Shown: piece by piece, positions 1 through 13,980 of the stretch
How positions within the stretch are numbered: position 1 is the first letter of the stretch
How the letters are laid out: each line of letters begins with the position of its first letter
Source: Octopus sinensis
Lineage: Eukaryota
DNA: 64,000 bases
Assembly: GCF_006345805.1 (NCBI RefSeq)
Contig: NC_042999.1
Location: 4,402,001 to 4,466,000, forward strand
Reading direction: 5' to 3'
The notes under the pieces: generated by a model
What the model was told of the DNA's origin: nothing
Databases searched by the model: none
The model's input: only the letters and a program-made list of their open reading frames with translations
Position numbers and translations under genes: made by a program

Positions 1-3000
1 ATCAGAATTTAAACTTAGAATGTAAAAAACCAGAACAAATATGCAAGCATCTTTTCTGATGTTCTAACAGTTCTGCCAACTTGCCACTCTTCTTTGTTAG
101 TAAAATAGAAAATTAAAAGCAAATATATATATTATAAGGTCAATAATGATCACCTAAATTATACAGTAAAATACCTATGTTTCTTTTTGGGTCAATCTTC
201 ATCATCATCATTTACCATCCATTTTCCATGCTGGCATGGGTTGGACAGTTTGACAGGAGCTGGCACCAGGCTCCATTGTCTGTTTTGGCATGGTTTCTAC
301 GGCTGGATGCCCTTCATAATGTCAACCACTTGCAGGGTGTACTGGGTGCTTTTTACATGGCACCAGCACTAGTGTCTATTTATGTGGCACCAGTGCTAAT
401 AGGGCCACCAAGTACCTTGCAAGACAAAAATTCTTTAACTGGGAGTGCGGAGTAGTATTGAGGGTGTATCGCTTTGTGCTAGTTGAGAGATTCAAGGTAA
501 AGAGGAGACAGATAACGGTGTCTTGCTATAGAGTAGATACATGGATACTCCAGTTGGAAAAGGAAGGAGAGTGGGTTAGAGAGTAAGATAAAGAGAGCAA
601 TAGTGAGAGTGATGGTAGTGAAGATGTGTCAGGACATGCATTTGAGGAACGTTGGTGAAGTGAGAATAGGTGAGGTGATACAGAGGTTTGGACTGAGTGA
701 GTGAGCAGGATTGAGGTGACTGTCGCAAATGGTGGAGAGAAATGTAGGAGAGGCTTGGGGCGGGGATTGTGGTAGATATATGAGGGTATTGATAAACACT
801 GATATCACTGAATTAGCTCTTTCTATTTATTTATTTTACTTAATTTAACATAGAAATATCTCCCATAAAATTTTAGAATTCCTTTTTGCTATAATACACC
901 ATGAAGTCCCTGATGAAATCTAAGTGCCAAATATTTTATGAAAACTGAACTTAGACGTAAAGTAGGCATTTATGCATCATAACCATTATAAGGTCTTTAT
1001 TATGGACGATAGAATCTTTTATACTTACCATAAAGACTCTCCTATAAACTGCAGATAGAATCACTGCAGTGTTAATGCTCATCATAAGATTTCTACTGTA
1101 ATTTAATATGAGGTGAAGTTCATTAAAAACGTAAATTTACTCTTTCTTTTCTTTTTTTTTTTACCTTCTCACTAATTACTCTCCATTTCCAAAAAGTATA
1201 TAATATTTCCGAGCTATGTTCATGGGAAAATATCTGATTGAGACAGTTTAATGATTTTTATCAGCTATTCAAAAGCAGAGATGTTAAAATCATTTATTAA
1301 CCTGATTATATTGCTTGATGGGAAAAATATTTCAGTCTCAATTTTTTTTGCATTTATTTTTTTTTTACATTTTTTTTTTTGCATCAGTGACTGTTGAAAT
1401 TTTATTTTACTCATCTTCCTAGTTTCAATAATATAAAAATCGAGAGACCATAAAAATTGTCTTATTGTTGAAATGTTTCATCAAACATTAACTATATAGT
1501 GTTTGTTTCATTTTACTATTTATTATAAAACATTAGCTAAACACTTGCTCATATGAAATAAATGATTGATAAACAGTCACTGTTTAAATATATTTAATAA
1601 TTCAGTTGACATAATTTCCAGGGTTTCTTTCTTTCTATTTAGCATTGATTGCATGTTTTAAAAATCAATTTCAGTATGCTAATATATCATTTAGTCTTCT
1701 ATGTTCTTCAGTGTTATTTCATAGTATCTATACTCCACTATGCCATTCAATATTCTGTATTTATCCAGTATTGTCCTAGTTGCAGATATACAAAATCCTA
1801 GGAAACAACATTCCTGTTATGTTAAAAGAAAAACACTCGCACATACATATTAACCACATTTATCGTCATCCACAGCATCGCCAATCTTTTTTTAAAATCA
1901 ATGCTCTAGATCTAATGATAGTGTACCAATTGTGCTCCATCAATATTATCACTAAAAGTATCTTTGATAGCATTTTAAAATGTTGCTCCTGCTCTTATAA
2001 TTTTATATGGAAGCTTAGTCTAAACAAAGAGAACTACCATAATGGTGACTCTGATGATACCCATTGCCTTAACCCCAATTTAATTGTACACACATTTTAG
2101 ATTTGTATATAATTAAATATGAAATAAGTCAGCCATTTCATGTATTTCACTTGGTATGTTAAATAGAGGAGAGAAACCAGTACATCTTTATTTATTGACT
2201 TTTATTTTGTATTCTGGATCAGTTCAAAGTTCTTTAATATTCTTTCGCATCACAACAAATGGGCAATGCCCTTTCACTCCTTCAAGTAGATGTCAACTCT
2301 TTTGATACCAAGATTTGGTTTTATGGTAAAAAAAGAATTACTGTTTTTACAAACTTGCTCAAGAATACAATGCACCACCAAGTCTAGGAATTGAAATCAC
2401 AATCGTTAGACTGCAAGTGCAACACCCTAACCATTAAGCCATGCACCCTCACATATGTGTGTGTGTGTGTGTGGAAGGGTATGTTTATGTTTCCTTGTAA
2501 AACAGTTGTCACTGCCATACATGTGCTGTCACTCATTTTCAATATTCTGTGAGAACAAGTTTGGCTACTGGGAAATATTACTTCAATTTGAAACAGGTGA
2601 AGGTTGGGGACAGGAAAGGCAGCCAACTGTAGAAAATTTGCCTCAAAAAATTTCGTCTGAAACATACAAGTTGATATGATGACAATGATGACAACAATGA
2701 AGATGATATGCTACAGTCTACTTTCAGTTTCCATCTACCAAATCCACTTACAAGGCTTTAGTCGGCCTGGAGCTGTGCTAAAAGACATTTGTCTGATTTG
2801 CTCATAAAAACTCATAAAGACCTGTCATTTCCATAGCTGGATGACTTTCCTAATGCCAACCACTTTACAGAAAGTACTGGGTGCGTTTTCTTGTGATTCC
2901 CAAGACTAGAGTACTGTAGACTGAGGAAGAGATCATAAGAGGGACCAATGACAACAAAAAGGTCAGAAATTGATAGTTGAGTGGGGGAGAGAGGGAGAAA

Positions 3001-3796
3001 GGTGTATAAGTATAGTGGTTATTCAAAGTCGTAGGGCATGTACAGTTGCTTAGGTAACATATGAGGGGCCATAATGGAGGGAAAGAAATAGAAAGAGAGA
3101 GAAATACATCAGGAGGACCAAGATTGGTGAGAGGGTAAAAGAAAGGTGTGTGTGTGTGTGTGTGCGTGCGCATTGTGCTTTTACTTTTTTACATGTTTCA
3201 GTCACTGAGCTTTGTCAATGCTGGGCACCACCTTGAAGGGTTTAAATAAATTAACCCCTTTCCATATTCTTTTTGTCTGTCTGGTACTTATTCTATCAGT
3301 TTCTTTTTTTTCAAACCACTAAGTTTTGGGACATAAACAAACCAACAAACACTGGTTGCCAGGTGGTGAAACTGGACGGCAAATGCAACAACACAAACAT
3401 ATATACATACTTTTGCATGATATGGGTTTAGACAATGATGATGATGATGATGACGACGACGATGACGATGACAACGATGATGGTGATGATGACGACGACG
3501 ATGACAATGATGCTGATAGCTTCATAGTGTTCATTCAGTAAACAATAAAGCCATTTGACAATGTAGGATAAATTGCATTCCTACTTTCAAGATAACAGCA
3601 TGCTTTTTCACTGGAACCTGGCATGCTGATGGGGTTGATGTGTCTGAAAGGGAAATGAGAAAGTTACAGTTTAATACATGCTATGTACCATTACAGTACA
3701 TTGTCGTTTATTTACGGCTCACTAAATTTTGTACACAAATATTCAACATACACTGTATATTAGTAATTTTGGTTCTGTATTTAGTTTAAGTGTGTG

Positions 3797-3916
3797 TATA
3801 CATACATACATACATAAATACATACATACATACATACATACATACATACATACATACATACACAAACACATACATATACATACATACATACATACATACA
3901 TACATACATACATACA

Positions 3917-3945
<29 letters not shown>
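3797..3945. repeat. (TACA)n microsatellite
   Basis: Direct reading; one of dozens of simple repeats, e.g. (GAT/GAC)n 3433-3515, (TAA)n 48934-48996, (TG)n 55633-55713. Confidence 0.95.
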
Positions 3946-3948
<3 letters not shown>

Positions 3949-4644
3949 AAACATCTTATCTAGTCATGATTAGTAATATATATTTAATGAAACTTTCTAG
4001 TTTTTTTCAATTAATTAGATTCTGCATTCAAATCAATAACTTGATTTCTTAAAACCAATATATTGATTTCTAACTTTAAAAAAACAAAAACAATACTAAT
4101 TGCTGTGAGGGAAGAGCTAAAATCAACCTCAGTATATTGTTGGTACATGTATTATGGATTCTAGTGGAATGAATTGCAAATTTGACTTCAATGATTTTTA
4201 AACTCAGAACGAAGCATCAAGGAATTAAATGCAATAATGCATTGAGTCTGGCATTCCAATATCCATCATTTACATCACCCTCGTTAATCAATAAATTGGT
4301 AAATTAATAGCTGATGGTAAGACATGACTGCTTTTGAAATCTGCACTTAATAGTAATTTCTAAAAGAGAAGAAAATAATAGCTATAATGCTAACAACGTC
4401 ATCAACAACAACAATAGTATTAATAATAGTTTCTTTCGTTACAAGGGCGATGGATGAAAACTATCAAATTTTTATAATGGCTTCTTTATTGACTACAGGG
4501 GTCCACCATATAAAATAAATGAAGGTTTCATGTAAATTGTTAGAAACATGATAAGGTGTACACTACAGTAAAAATAGGCAACCCAAAACATAATACGACC
4601 ATATAGTCCAGATAGCAGGACAGTGTACCAGAGAGAATCAAGAC

Positions 4645-4760
4645 ATTGTGGATGAGAAATGGGTATGAATAGTTATTGGTTTATTTTCACTTAGAGATTC
4701 TGAAAAGAAAGATGCTTGGAAGTGCTACTATGAAAAGTTGTTAAATGTGGAGAATGCAAC
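4645..4760 (+). mobile_element. Short RTE LINE fragment
   Basis: Translates to DSEKKDAWKCYYEKLLNVENA, the W..(H/Y)YE.LLN linker motif of RTE ORFs. Confidence 0.5.
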
Positions 4761-5164
4761 TGAAAGACCATTTATTTCGGTGCCATGTAAAAGCGCTGTT
4801 GTTGGACCACAGGTACCATATAAAAAGCAACCTGTACACTTTGTATCAGGTTCCAGTTGTTTATTTTAGCAAGGTTTCTACAGCTGGATTCCCTTCCTAA
4901 TGTCAACCACTTTACACAGTGTACTGGGTACTTTTTATGTGACAATATCACAAGTGCATTTTACATGTGCATTTTACAATATCACAGGTGCATTTCACAA
5001 GTGTACCAACACAGATGCTTTTTACATGGCACCAGCACCAGTGATTTTTTTATGACACTGCTTTTTCCATTTAATTTTTAAAACAAAAAAGACTTTATTA
5101 AACAGGTGTTTGGAACATGCAAAATAAGTGTAGTCTGTGGTGGGTTGGTATCAAAAGAGTTTAA

Positions 5165-5388
5165 CCCTTTTGCTACCAACCTGACTGAAACCGGCTCTGG
5201 CTCTGTAGTACAAATGTCTTGTTTTCAAAAGTTCTGAATTAAAATCTTCCGCCAAACCTTAGCCACAATTTATGTTCCTAACACTAGCTTAATTGATATA
5301 ACTAAGTTATTTTACTAAATTCTTTGTTATATCAAAAATAATTGAAAGAAAAACAGAGCATCTCAGAATGAATGCAGTAACGAAAGGG
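5165..5388. mobile_element. piggyBac-type non-autonomous element (MITE)
   Basis: TTAA on both sides (5161-64, 5389-92); termini CCCTTTTGCTAC / GTAACGAAAGGG. Related partial copies near 46720-46920, 50670-50800 and 56240-56920. Confidence 0.8.
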
Positions 5389-5924
5389 TTAAACAAAAGG
5401 AAACTTATAAGATTGAAACCTCACTTGTGAAAAGTGGATTTTTTGGAAAAAAATTCCGTTATCTACATGAATATCTTAACAATTCAGTTGGTTCCTGATA
5501 TCCAGTCGTTAAATGAGAGATAAAGTTATTTAGAAATAATTTTATGAAAGGCAGTTATGTTTGCAACTACTGTAATGGCTATTCCAGTATTGCCAAATTG
5601 GTTAGTTTTTAATTTTGCCAGTTATTTTACTAAGTGGTGTGATTATGTCCTGTAATTAAACTGACAGAACTAGACAATAAAAACTAGACAGAATGCACTG
5701 CATTATTTTTAAATTGAGCTAGATTTATAGTTAGCCACTTGGTAATTGCTTTCGGGAGTAATGTTGTGTTAAAATATGTGTGATCTAGTTAGAAATTATC
5801 TAAATTAATAACACCAATCAGAAAGTTTTCAGATGAAAGAGTACTGGAGAGTATGTAAATAAAGTATTCACACACGACCTCATAATGCAAACTGAGTGAT
5901 TGAAAAAATAACCAAATGCTCATA

Positions 5925-6331
5925 GGCGCAGGAGTGGCTGTGTGGTAGGTAGCTTGTTTACCAACCACTTGGTTCCGGGTTCAGTCCCACTGCGTGGCAC
6001 CTTGGGCAAGTGTCTTCTACTATAGCCTCAGGCCGACCAAAGCCTTGTGAGTGGATTTGGTAGACGGAAACTGAAAAGAAGCCTGTCGTATATATGTATA
6101 TATATGTGTATGTGTGTGTATATGTTTGTCTGTGTTTATCCTTCTAGCATTGCTTGACAACCGATGCTGGTGTGTTTATGTGCCCGTTACTTAGTGGTTC
6201 GGCAAAAGAGACCGATAGAATAAGTACTGGGCTTACAAAAAGAATAATTCCCGGGGTCGAGTTGCTCGATTAAAGGCGGTACTCCAGCATGGCCACAGTC
6301 AAATGACTGAAACAAGTAAAAGAGTAAAGAG
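5925..6331 (+). mobile_element. tRNA-derived SINE family 1, full length
   Basis: A box TGGCTGTGTGG, B box GGTTCAGTCCC, CCTTGGGCAAGT core, internal (TA/TG)n, AAAAGAGT tail; many copies in the window. Confidence 0.9.
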
Positions 6332-7438
6332 TATACACATTGTTTAGGTACACTGAGGTGATTAAACTTTTAAAGCAATCGTTTATCTTTTTTTATCTTT
6401 TACTTGTTTTAATCATTAGACTGCGGCCAACAAATACTGGTTGTCAGGCAGTGAAGCTGGAAGACAAACACGACAGCACAAACATATGTACATATTTTTG
6501 CATGATATGGGTTTAGACAATGATGATGATGACGACGACGATGATGATGCTCATGGCATCAGAGTGTTCATTTATTAGTCAAATGAATCATTTTCTTTCT
6601 AAGCCTGGTACTTATTCTATCAGACTCTTTTGCCAAACCACTAAGTTACAGGGACAAAAACACACCAGCACCAGCTATCAAGCTGTGCTGAGGAACAAAC
6701 ACACACACATATATGTATGTATGTATATGTATATATATATATGATGGGCTTCTTTCAGTTTCCGTCTACCAAATCCACTCACAAGATTTTGGTCAGCCCA
6801 AGGCTATAGCAGAAGACACTTGCCCAAAGTGCCACACAGTGGGACTGAACTTAGAACAATGCAGTTGGGAGGCAAGCATCTTATGATACCACCACACCTG
6901 TGCCTATTATCAGAGATGATCAAGTATCCATTCTTATAATTATAAACAAGCTATAGATCATTAAAGCATGATCATCAAGAGCAACTTTGCTAAGTGATGC
7001 ATTGATGTATTCCAATCTTATTAATTAATTAACTAATTAATTTCCATATTGCAAGTTTATTTTTCTTAAATATGTTTAAAAGGTAATCTTTCGGAGTTGG
7101 TATACCAAAACTGAAACTATTTGTCGAGCAATTTCTTTAATTTCTCTTTCAGCTGAATCACGTTTATGTATTTTTTGAGTATATATGTGTCTATGTATGT
7201 ATGTATGTATGTTTGTATATGTAAATATATGTATTTATACATACACATGCTATGTGAATACTTCAGCAGTATTACTTTGCTATAGCCATGTCATTTCAAT
7301 TTTTCAGACTGTACCAATATATATCATTAAGATGAACTTAAAATTCTTTCTGTCTCTTTTGTTTGTCTTCATTACGTTAGTTTTATTTCTTCATTTATTT
7401 CAATTCCTGTTAAAGTAGAATATTTTACTCTTTTACAG

Positions 7439-7516
7439 GTGAAGAATTTAGAGACTGCTATGAAAGACGGCCATCAGGGAAGTATATCCATGAATGTAGC
7501 TGTCCATAAAGATTTT
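7439..7516 (+). CDS. CACNA2D: alpha2-delta Ca2+ channel subunit, first recognised internal exon A (VKNLETAMKDGHQGSISMNVAVHKDF), phase 0-0
   Basis: Acceptor ttttactcttttacAG, donor GTAAGT, 78 nt open. Resembles the LRxxMxxxxxGxxxMxV segment preceding the RV..YYY..I.G.PFS motif of alpha2-delta-3/4 and splices in frame to the next exon. Confidence 0.8.
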
Positions 7517-10500
7517 GTAAGTAATAAACATTCTTCTTCTGCCAAGAGTAATAAAATGTCTACAAACAAAAGATAAGCAATAAACCAGAACATTTCTCTT
7601 GAACTGTTGGGCTTTCTCCAGTACAGAAGCATAATTCTTGACAGTAGTGTTTTCCATTTATCACCAAACGGTGTTTTTCAATATGACCTGGCAAATCTAT
7701 GCCAAACAAACAGACGTTAAACCAATATTGGGGAAGAAGACTTCATTAGAATTCCTGAATACACATTTTTTTGTAGATTCTAATTTTGGTAAACTTCTGT
7801 AGTTTGTTGGTCTTATTTTTTTTTTAATCAGTCTTGAGACATTTTTAGGGTTATGAGAAGCTTCCACTTATCTATATAACAAAGTAGACATTAGGTTTAG
7901 GAAAATTGTTTCATAAGAGATTTAGAGTTACAAAGTAAGAAATTTTGATAAATGAGCATGCTACCTGAAAATGGTTCAGGTATATGAGATTCTGAGAATA
8001 CCTGTTTATTACTTACATTGGACTTTGTATCGAGCAGCTCATATTTGTTACCCTGTTAAAGCTTGGCATGACAGCATTTAATCTAGATTGCATGACAAGA
8101 ATTAACGGTTTTGTCATAAAAGGCAATTTTCCATATAGCGACCATGAGAATGGTATTTGTCGCTCATTCTCTATCAGAAATAAATTATTACATTAGCCAA
8201 TTGAAGCGTTTTTCCAGTTGTAAATGACATTTATATGGAAAGAGGCGAGAATAAATTTTAGCTATTCCCTCTGTTTATATTGGACATTTGGATGAAACTG
8301 CAGCTTCTCCCCCCCCCCCCACTCCAATCCATTTTGTGTAATGATTAGAAGCTGTTTCAACTAAAATGTAATATGCTTTTATGATTCACCGTGTAATGCC
8401 TTTTCATCTCAGCTTTCCAAATAATCATATTCATTTATCAACATTTCATCCAACACATCTTTTCATTTAAGCTACTACTAACACTACTGCAACTTTACAC
8501 TATCTAGTACTATATCTATCATTAGTATTATTACTACTATTTCATAATACTATTGTTTTATATTTCTTCATATTTTAAATGTTGGCTGTGTCATGAATAT
8601 TTTGGCCAAACTGCTAAACTCCAATGATCATGTGTATTGGAACCTTCCCCTTTTATTCTTATTTGCTGTTGAGAAATAAACAGTTTACATATAATTTGCC
8701 TCTCAAGATACTCTGCTTTAAAGTAAAAAGTCTAACTATCCTTCACTACCTTTGGAGATGTGGATAGGATTGGTATGACTTCATATTTTTTCCTTAGTGA
8801 ACTATTCACCATCACCACCACCACCATTATCATCATCATCATCATCATCATCTTCATCGTTTTAACTTTCACTTTCGATGCTCACATGGATTGGACAGAA
8901 TCAGTTGATGCAGATTTTCTACACCCAGATACACCCCACCCCTGTCACTAACACTCATCTGTTTCCAAGTGAGGTTGTTTTTCTCCATACCTGAACATGG
9001 TTTCACAGGGGATCGAAAACAAAGGACACCACTTGCATGACAGTAACACTCGTTTACAACAATCATACAATGTCAAGGCAAGAAGACACCAACTCATACA
9101 CACAAAAGCATGGGTTGGATGGTTTGACTGGGCTGGCATGCTGGAAGGCTGCACCAGGATCCAGTATCTGCCATGACTGCGATTACTTCTCTAGCATGAC
9201 ATAATGCTAAAGATCTTGGTCCAATGACCAAGATCTCCATGAGGCCCAACACTCAAAAAGAGCTCAGCCACTTTGCCTCCATGAGGCCCAATGCTTGAAA
9301 GGTACTCAGCCACTTTGCCTCTGTCAGGCCCGATATTCAAAGGTTGATTTTTTTTACATGCCACCAGCACAGGTGCACTTGGATTGGCAGGTCCTCTCAA
9401 GCAGAGCACATCGCCAAATGTGTGTGTGTGTGTGTATTATAAGCTTCTTTCAGAAGGGCATCGAAAGGGCATCAAAAAGGGCATCGACCTGTTAAAACAG
9501 TGACTCAATAACTCATTCATTCGTCTAACTCTTGCCAGCATGGAAAAATGGATGTATAATGAATGAACTACATACTATCAAACCATTCACAACAAACGAA
9601 TGAGAGGACCTCTATGAGGTTTCTCAGCCTGCAAGAAATAGCAGCCAAATTTCTTATCACATTCTACTCTCTTAAAAAGAGAAGAAAATATGAATTCAGA
9701 ATAACGTAGTCTTGGATGCATTATGTCTTAAATGAAAATGGGATGATCACTGCATGAATGTGTTTAATCATAGGTTTGCAAAATCAGAACAGAGCTAACC
9801 TGGGGCTAACTAACAACAACAACAACAACTGTAACACTCAAGCTTACAATGTGGTTTCTTGTTGTTTTTTTTTGGGGGGGGGCGGTATTTCTTGCATAAA
9901 ACAAAAAACATACAATTAACTAGTTCTTGAAATATTTTTTTAAAATGTATTTGGTAGGGGCTCAATGATCTGAGTCAAATGAACATGAAACAATATTAGG
10001 TATGAACTTGCTCTAATTATTAGAGAGATCAGCATGAGATATTTAGCTATAAAAGACATAAAAATTATAAAAGTTTTCATCCAAGAAAAATACTTGAGAA
10101 AATTTTAATAATAACAAAATAAAAAGAAAAAAGAAAATTAACATAATGTCTTGAAGTAATGTTTAGTTTTGTTGAAATATCACATATAAGGAAAAAGAAG
10201 GGTAGGAAGAGATTATATAAGATAGATTTTTCTAAGCTACAGGCAACTGCAAAAGAAAAAAACATGTGAAGTGTATTGAGAGAATGAAAAACAAATGAAA
10301 AATGCAAACCTGGAATGTTAGAAGAACAAAAAAATCTCTATTTTGATCATGCATCTGCTCAATGCAGTCATGTGACTAGCATTTTCTTTTGTTTTATTTT
10401 GTTCCTTTTCCTTTTTTTTTTTTTTAGTCACACTTATAAAGTTTGCTTCTTCACTCCAAGCATAGCCGATAGAAATGTAAAGTAGAATTATGTGATGGTT

Positions 10501-11154
10501 TTATTGTTTTTTTGGTTTGTTATTTATTACTTCTTTGCTAAAAATTTATTTGAAACAAAAAAAACAAAATGACAGTATTTAAGAAAAATGAAAGAAAATA
10601 AGTTGGCTAAAAATATTTTTCAAATATTATATTCAATGAATAATAATTTTCAAATTTTCAAAAAAATTATTTCATAAAACAAAACTAAAAAAAAAACCCA
10701 GCTAGATTCATTTTTAAATCAAAATTAATAATGTTAATTATTTTAGAAACCAAATTATCAAATTATTTTAAATTTAGATCAATTTTAAACATTCCAAACC
10801 AAATATTCAGGTAATTTACTCCTTGAATTCTCTGAGTTTCTAGTAAAACCATTTATTTATTTATTAGTTTGTTTGTTTATTTATTTCTTTGTTTTCTTTC
10901 AAAATTGATTCAATACCAACATTTTTGTTGCAAATATTTCTTCTCGTTTACTTCCCATAGTCCCTTATCCTTGGAGAAGGCATTCAACTGTAAGGCATCT
11001 ACTTCAATTACACATGCTCTGCTAATCTAAAATATTACTGCACCTGTAATGCAGATTAAATTATCCAACCTGAGTCTAGATTGTGTGCATCTGGTGTGGT
11101 GGTAGCTGTAACTCTACCAAACAACTACTGTTAACATTTGCAAGCAGGAAAGAA

Positions 11155-11213
<59 letters not shown>

Positions 11214-11552
11214 TTATGTGCAACAGAAAAAAACTATATTTTATATAAAATAAATAGAAGAGCTCACTATTTATCAAAACAATATTATTATGAGGAGAAA
11301 TTACTCTCCTTGTTTGTCTCTCTCTTTCCTGGTGTAACCTTTGGCATTGCTCCACCAACTTAGAATTTTGTTTGCTTCAGTTATTGTTTGCAAGAATTAG
11401 CCTGATATTCAATTGTCATCTGTTATATGATGTCTCCAAATAAAATATTTGCTTTCCCAAAACTATTTTTAATAATAATAATGATAATAATAATGATGAT
11501 AATAATGATGATAATAATAATAATGATGATGATGATGATGATAATAATAATA

Positions 11553-11998
11553 AAAGATTCATAAAACATAGGTAGAGAGCAGTTGCAGAGTGCGTGGAAA
11601 AGGAGACAAAAATATTAACCATTTCCTATGTGAGTGCAGTAAGCTGGCACAAAGTGGATATAAATGAAGACATGACGGTGTTGGTAAAAGAATACATCAA
11701 GATGTTGACCAAGTTTGTGGATATGAAGTGAGAACAAAGTAATATGGACATGAGCCAGAGGTTGTTTTATTGAATGGCAATTATAGGATTTTTAGGAATT
11801 TCTCCACAGAGACTGACCACATAATTGAAACAAAGAGATCAGATATAATCGTAGAGGACAGGAAAAAAAACCTATATCAGATCATAAATTTCGTAATTCC
11901 ATTTGATAGTAGAGTAGATATCATGGAAATTGAGAAAATTGAGAAATTTCAGGTCCTAGGTGAAAATTGTTCCTGTGATAGTTGGTGCACTCAGTACA
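11553..11998 (+). mobile_element. Decayed Dong/R4-clade non-LTR retrotransposon fragment (CCHC knuckle + restriction-like endonuclease)
   Basis: Frameshifted translation CRV..K..NINHFLCECSKLAQSGYK.RHDGVGKRIH...HEPEVV.LNGNYRI..NFSTETDHIIETKRSDIIV...IINFVIPFDSRVDIMEIEKIEKFQ. Abuts a (TAA/TGA)n tract. Confidence 0.8.
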
Positions 11999-12012
11999 TT
12001 TTTAACATAGTT

Positions 12013-12248
12013 TCTTATTTCTTTATTGCCCACAAGGGGCTAAACATAGAGGGGACAAACAAGGACAGACAAACGGATTAAGTCGATTACATTGATCCCA
12101 GTGCATAACTGGTACTTAATTTATCGACCCAGAAAGGATGAAAGGCAAAGTCGACCTCGGCGGAATTTGTACTCAGAACATAACGGCAGACGAAACACCG
12201 CTCAGCATTTCACCCGGTGTGCTAATGTTTCTACTGGCTGGCTGCCTT
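12013..12248 (-). mobile_element. SINE family 2 (central GCCTTTCATCCTTT.GGGTCGATAAA...GTACCAG motif, MetaSINE-like)
   Basis: Full length, flanked by a TAACATAGTT duplication. Confidence 0.85.
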
Positions 12249-13119
12249 AACATAGTTTTTTTTTAAACATAGTTTCTATGGCTGGAAACCCTTCCTAATA
12301 CCAAACACTGTAGAGTTTGCTTTGGCATTAGTAAGACTAAAGAGCTCTCTTAGCTTTGCATTGTTGCTTCTCAAATCAATTACCAGTCACCTAGAGTGTA
12401 GAGAATGCATTTTGTGGCACCAGCACTGTTGGGATTACCTTACAGCTCACAAAGCAAAAACAAGAAACTCCATGATGGAAAGGAATAGATTTATTGTGAG
12501 AGAATGGTAATAGAGAGAATAAGAGAGGGAACAGTGTTGGTGTGACAGCTGAGGTTACAGACCAAATAGGAAGGGAAAAGTAGTGTCAAGGGTTAGTGTG
12601 AAAGAGAAGGGGTTACAGAATGGTAATGGCAATAAGTAGTTGGACCCTGTGATGGGCTGGGTCAGTCTGTCTACCATGCTAAAGTGAATTGGAGAGTCCA
12701 CCAGGGTTTGAGACAGTTCTTGTTGGAGTTAGACAGGTGTACTGTTGAGAGAGAGTAGAGACACTGTTAGGAAAGGTGGTAATTGAAGGGAATGTGTAAG
12801 AGAGTTAGAGAGTACTAGGACAGAAGGAAATGTAGTGCTAACCATATTGTGGATTTATACCGCTTCACCCATACATGGGTTGGTCAAGTGGTTTGTGAAG
12901 GGAAGATGAGATGGTTGTGAGTAATTGGGGGAGAAAGGAAAGGTACTCCCCTCAGTCAAGTATCATGATTCAAGAAGGAGAAACAAGGATTAGTCGAGCA
13001 CAGGTGGTGCATAAATCAAGTACTTTTCTCTTAGTTAGTACAGAATAAGTGCAGCAGTTGGGAGAATAGGTTACACAGAAAGTTGTAACTTCTGCAGCAC
13101 CTCATATCACCAGTTGATG

Positions 13120-13980
13120 CAATTCTCTGTCATCTCCTTCATCAGATACAACATCTTAAGATCGTTTTTCACCACATCATCTCAAGTTTTTTTCAGTCGT
13201 CCTCTTCCCCAAATACCATTCACTTTGAGTACTTGGTACTTGCTTATGTAGATTATCATCATCATCATCATCATTTAGCGTCCGCTTTCCATGCTAGCAT
13301 GGGTTGGACGGTTCAACTGGGGTCTGGGAAGCCAGAAGGCTGCACCAGGCCCAGTCTGATCTGGCAGTGTTTCTACGGCTGGAAGCCCTTCCTAACGCCA
13401 ACCACTCCGTGAGTGTAGTGGGTGCTTTTTACGTGCCACCCACACAGGTGCCAGACGGGGCTGGCAAACGGCCATGGATGGATGGTGCTTTTTATGTGCC
13501 ACCGGCACGGGGGCCAGGCAAGGCTGGCAATGGCCACGATCGGATGGTGCTTTTTACGTGCCACCGGCACGGAGGCCAGTCAGGGCGGCGCTGGCAACGG
13601 ACACGGTCGGGTGGTGCTTTTTACGTGCCACCGGCACGGGGACCAGGTGAGGCTGGCAATGGCCACGATTGGATGGTGCTTTTTAGATGCCATCATTTAT
13701 TCATATCATGTGCTCATACCAACACATATTCCTCTCTTGCATGCTATGTCTGATTCTTCTTATACCCAGTGAGTCTCTCAGTTCATTTATACTGTCTTTC
13801 ATATATCTACCGAAGCATGTTCACCTTATTTCTTTCTAGCCTTTGCATGTCTCCTACACTGAACATCCACATCTTGCACTGTGCAGCAATGCACTTCGTA
13901 CATAAGCATCATATAATCTGTCCTTGATCTTGTAGGATAAGCTGTTTCATGCCAGCAGAGATAATAGCTTCCTGAACTTA
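13120..13980 (-). mobile_element. Decayed RTE-clade LINE fragment, interrupted by a SINE at 13255-13685
   Basis: Minus-strand KFRKLLSLL...YDAYVRSALLHS...DMQRLERNKVNML, and a GRGRxxKTW-like 3' segment. Confidence 0.65.
13255..13685 (-). mobile_element. Repeat family 3 ((GAT)n-tailed retroposon with internal ~62-bp tandem units)
   Basis: GGTTGGCGTTAGGAAGGG..TCCAGCCGTAGAAAC body and (GAT)n tail; 4+ tandem units at 13421-13685. Confidence 0.85.

Noticed and set aside
2238-2284. YSFA/ITTNG..P resembling the alpha2-delta YAFAITNNG motif
   Set aside because: Needs a frameshift, has an in-frame stop just upstream and lacks splice sites; probably chance.
3592-3684. Possible upstream alpha2-delta exon (..GVDVSERE.. 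resembling VDLSEVE)
   Set aside because: No good donor in the required phase, and similarity is limited to a few residues.
7153-7167. Possible microexon after a strong acceptor (tttctctttcAG)
   Set aside because: Only weak donors (GTTTAT, GTATTT) and no homology support.
13421-13685. CRISPR-like array (conserved ~26-nt block with ~36-nt variable spacers)
   Set aside because: The spacers are homologous to each other, the unit is part of a dispersed eukaryotic retroposon, and there are no cas genes.
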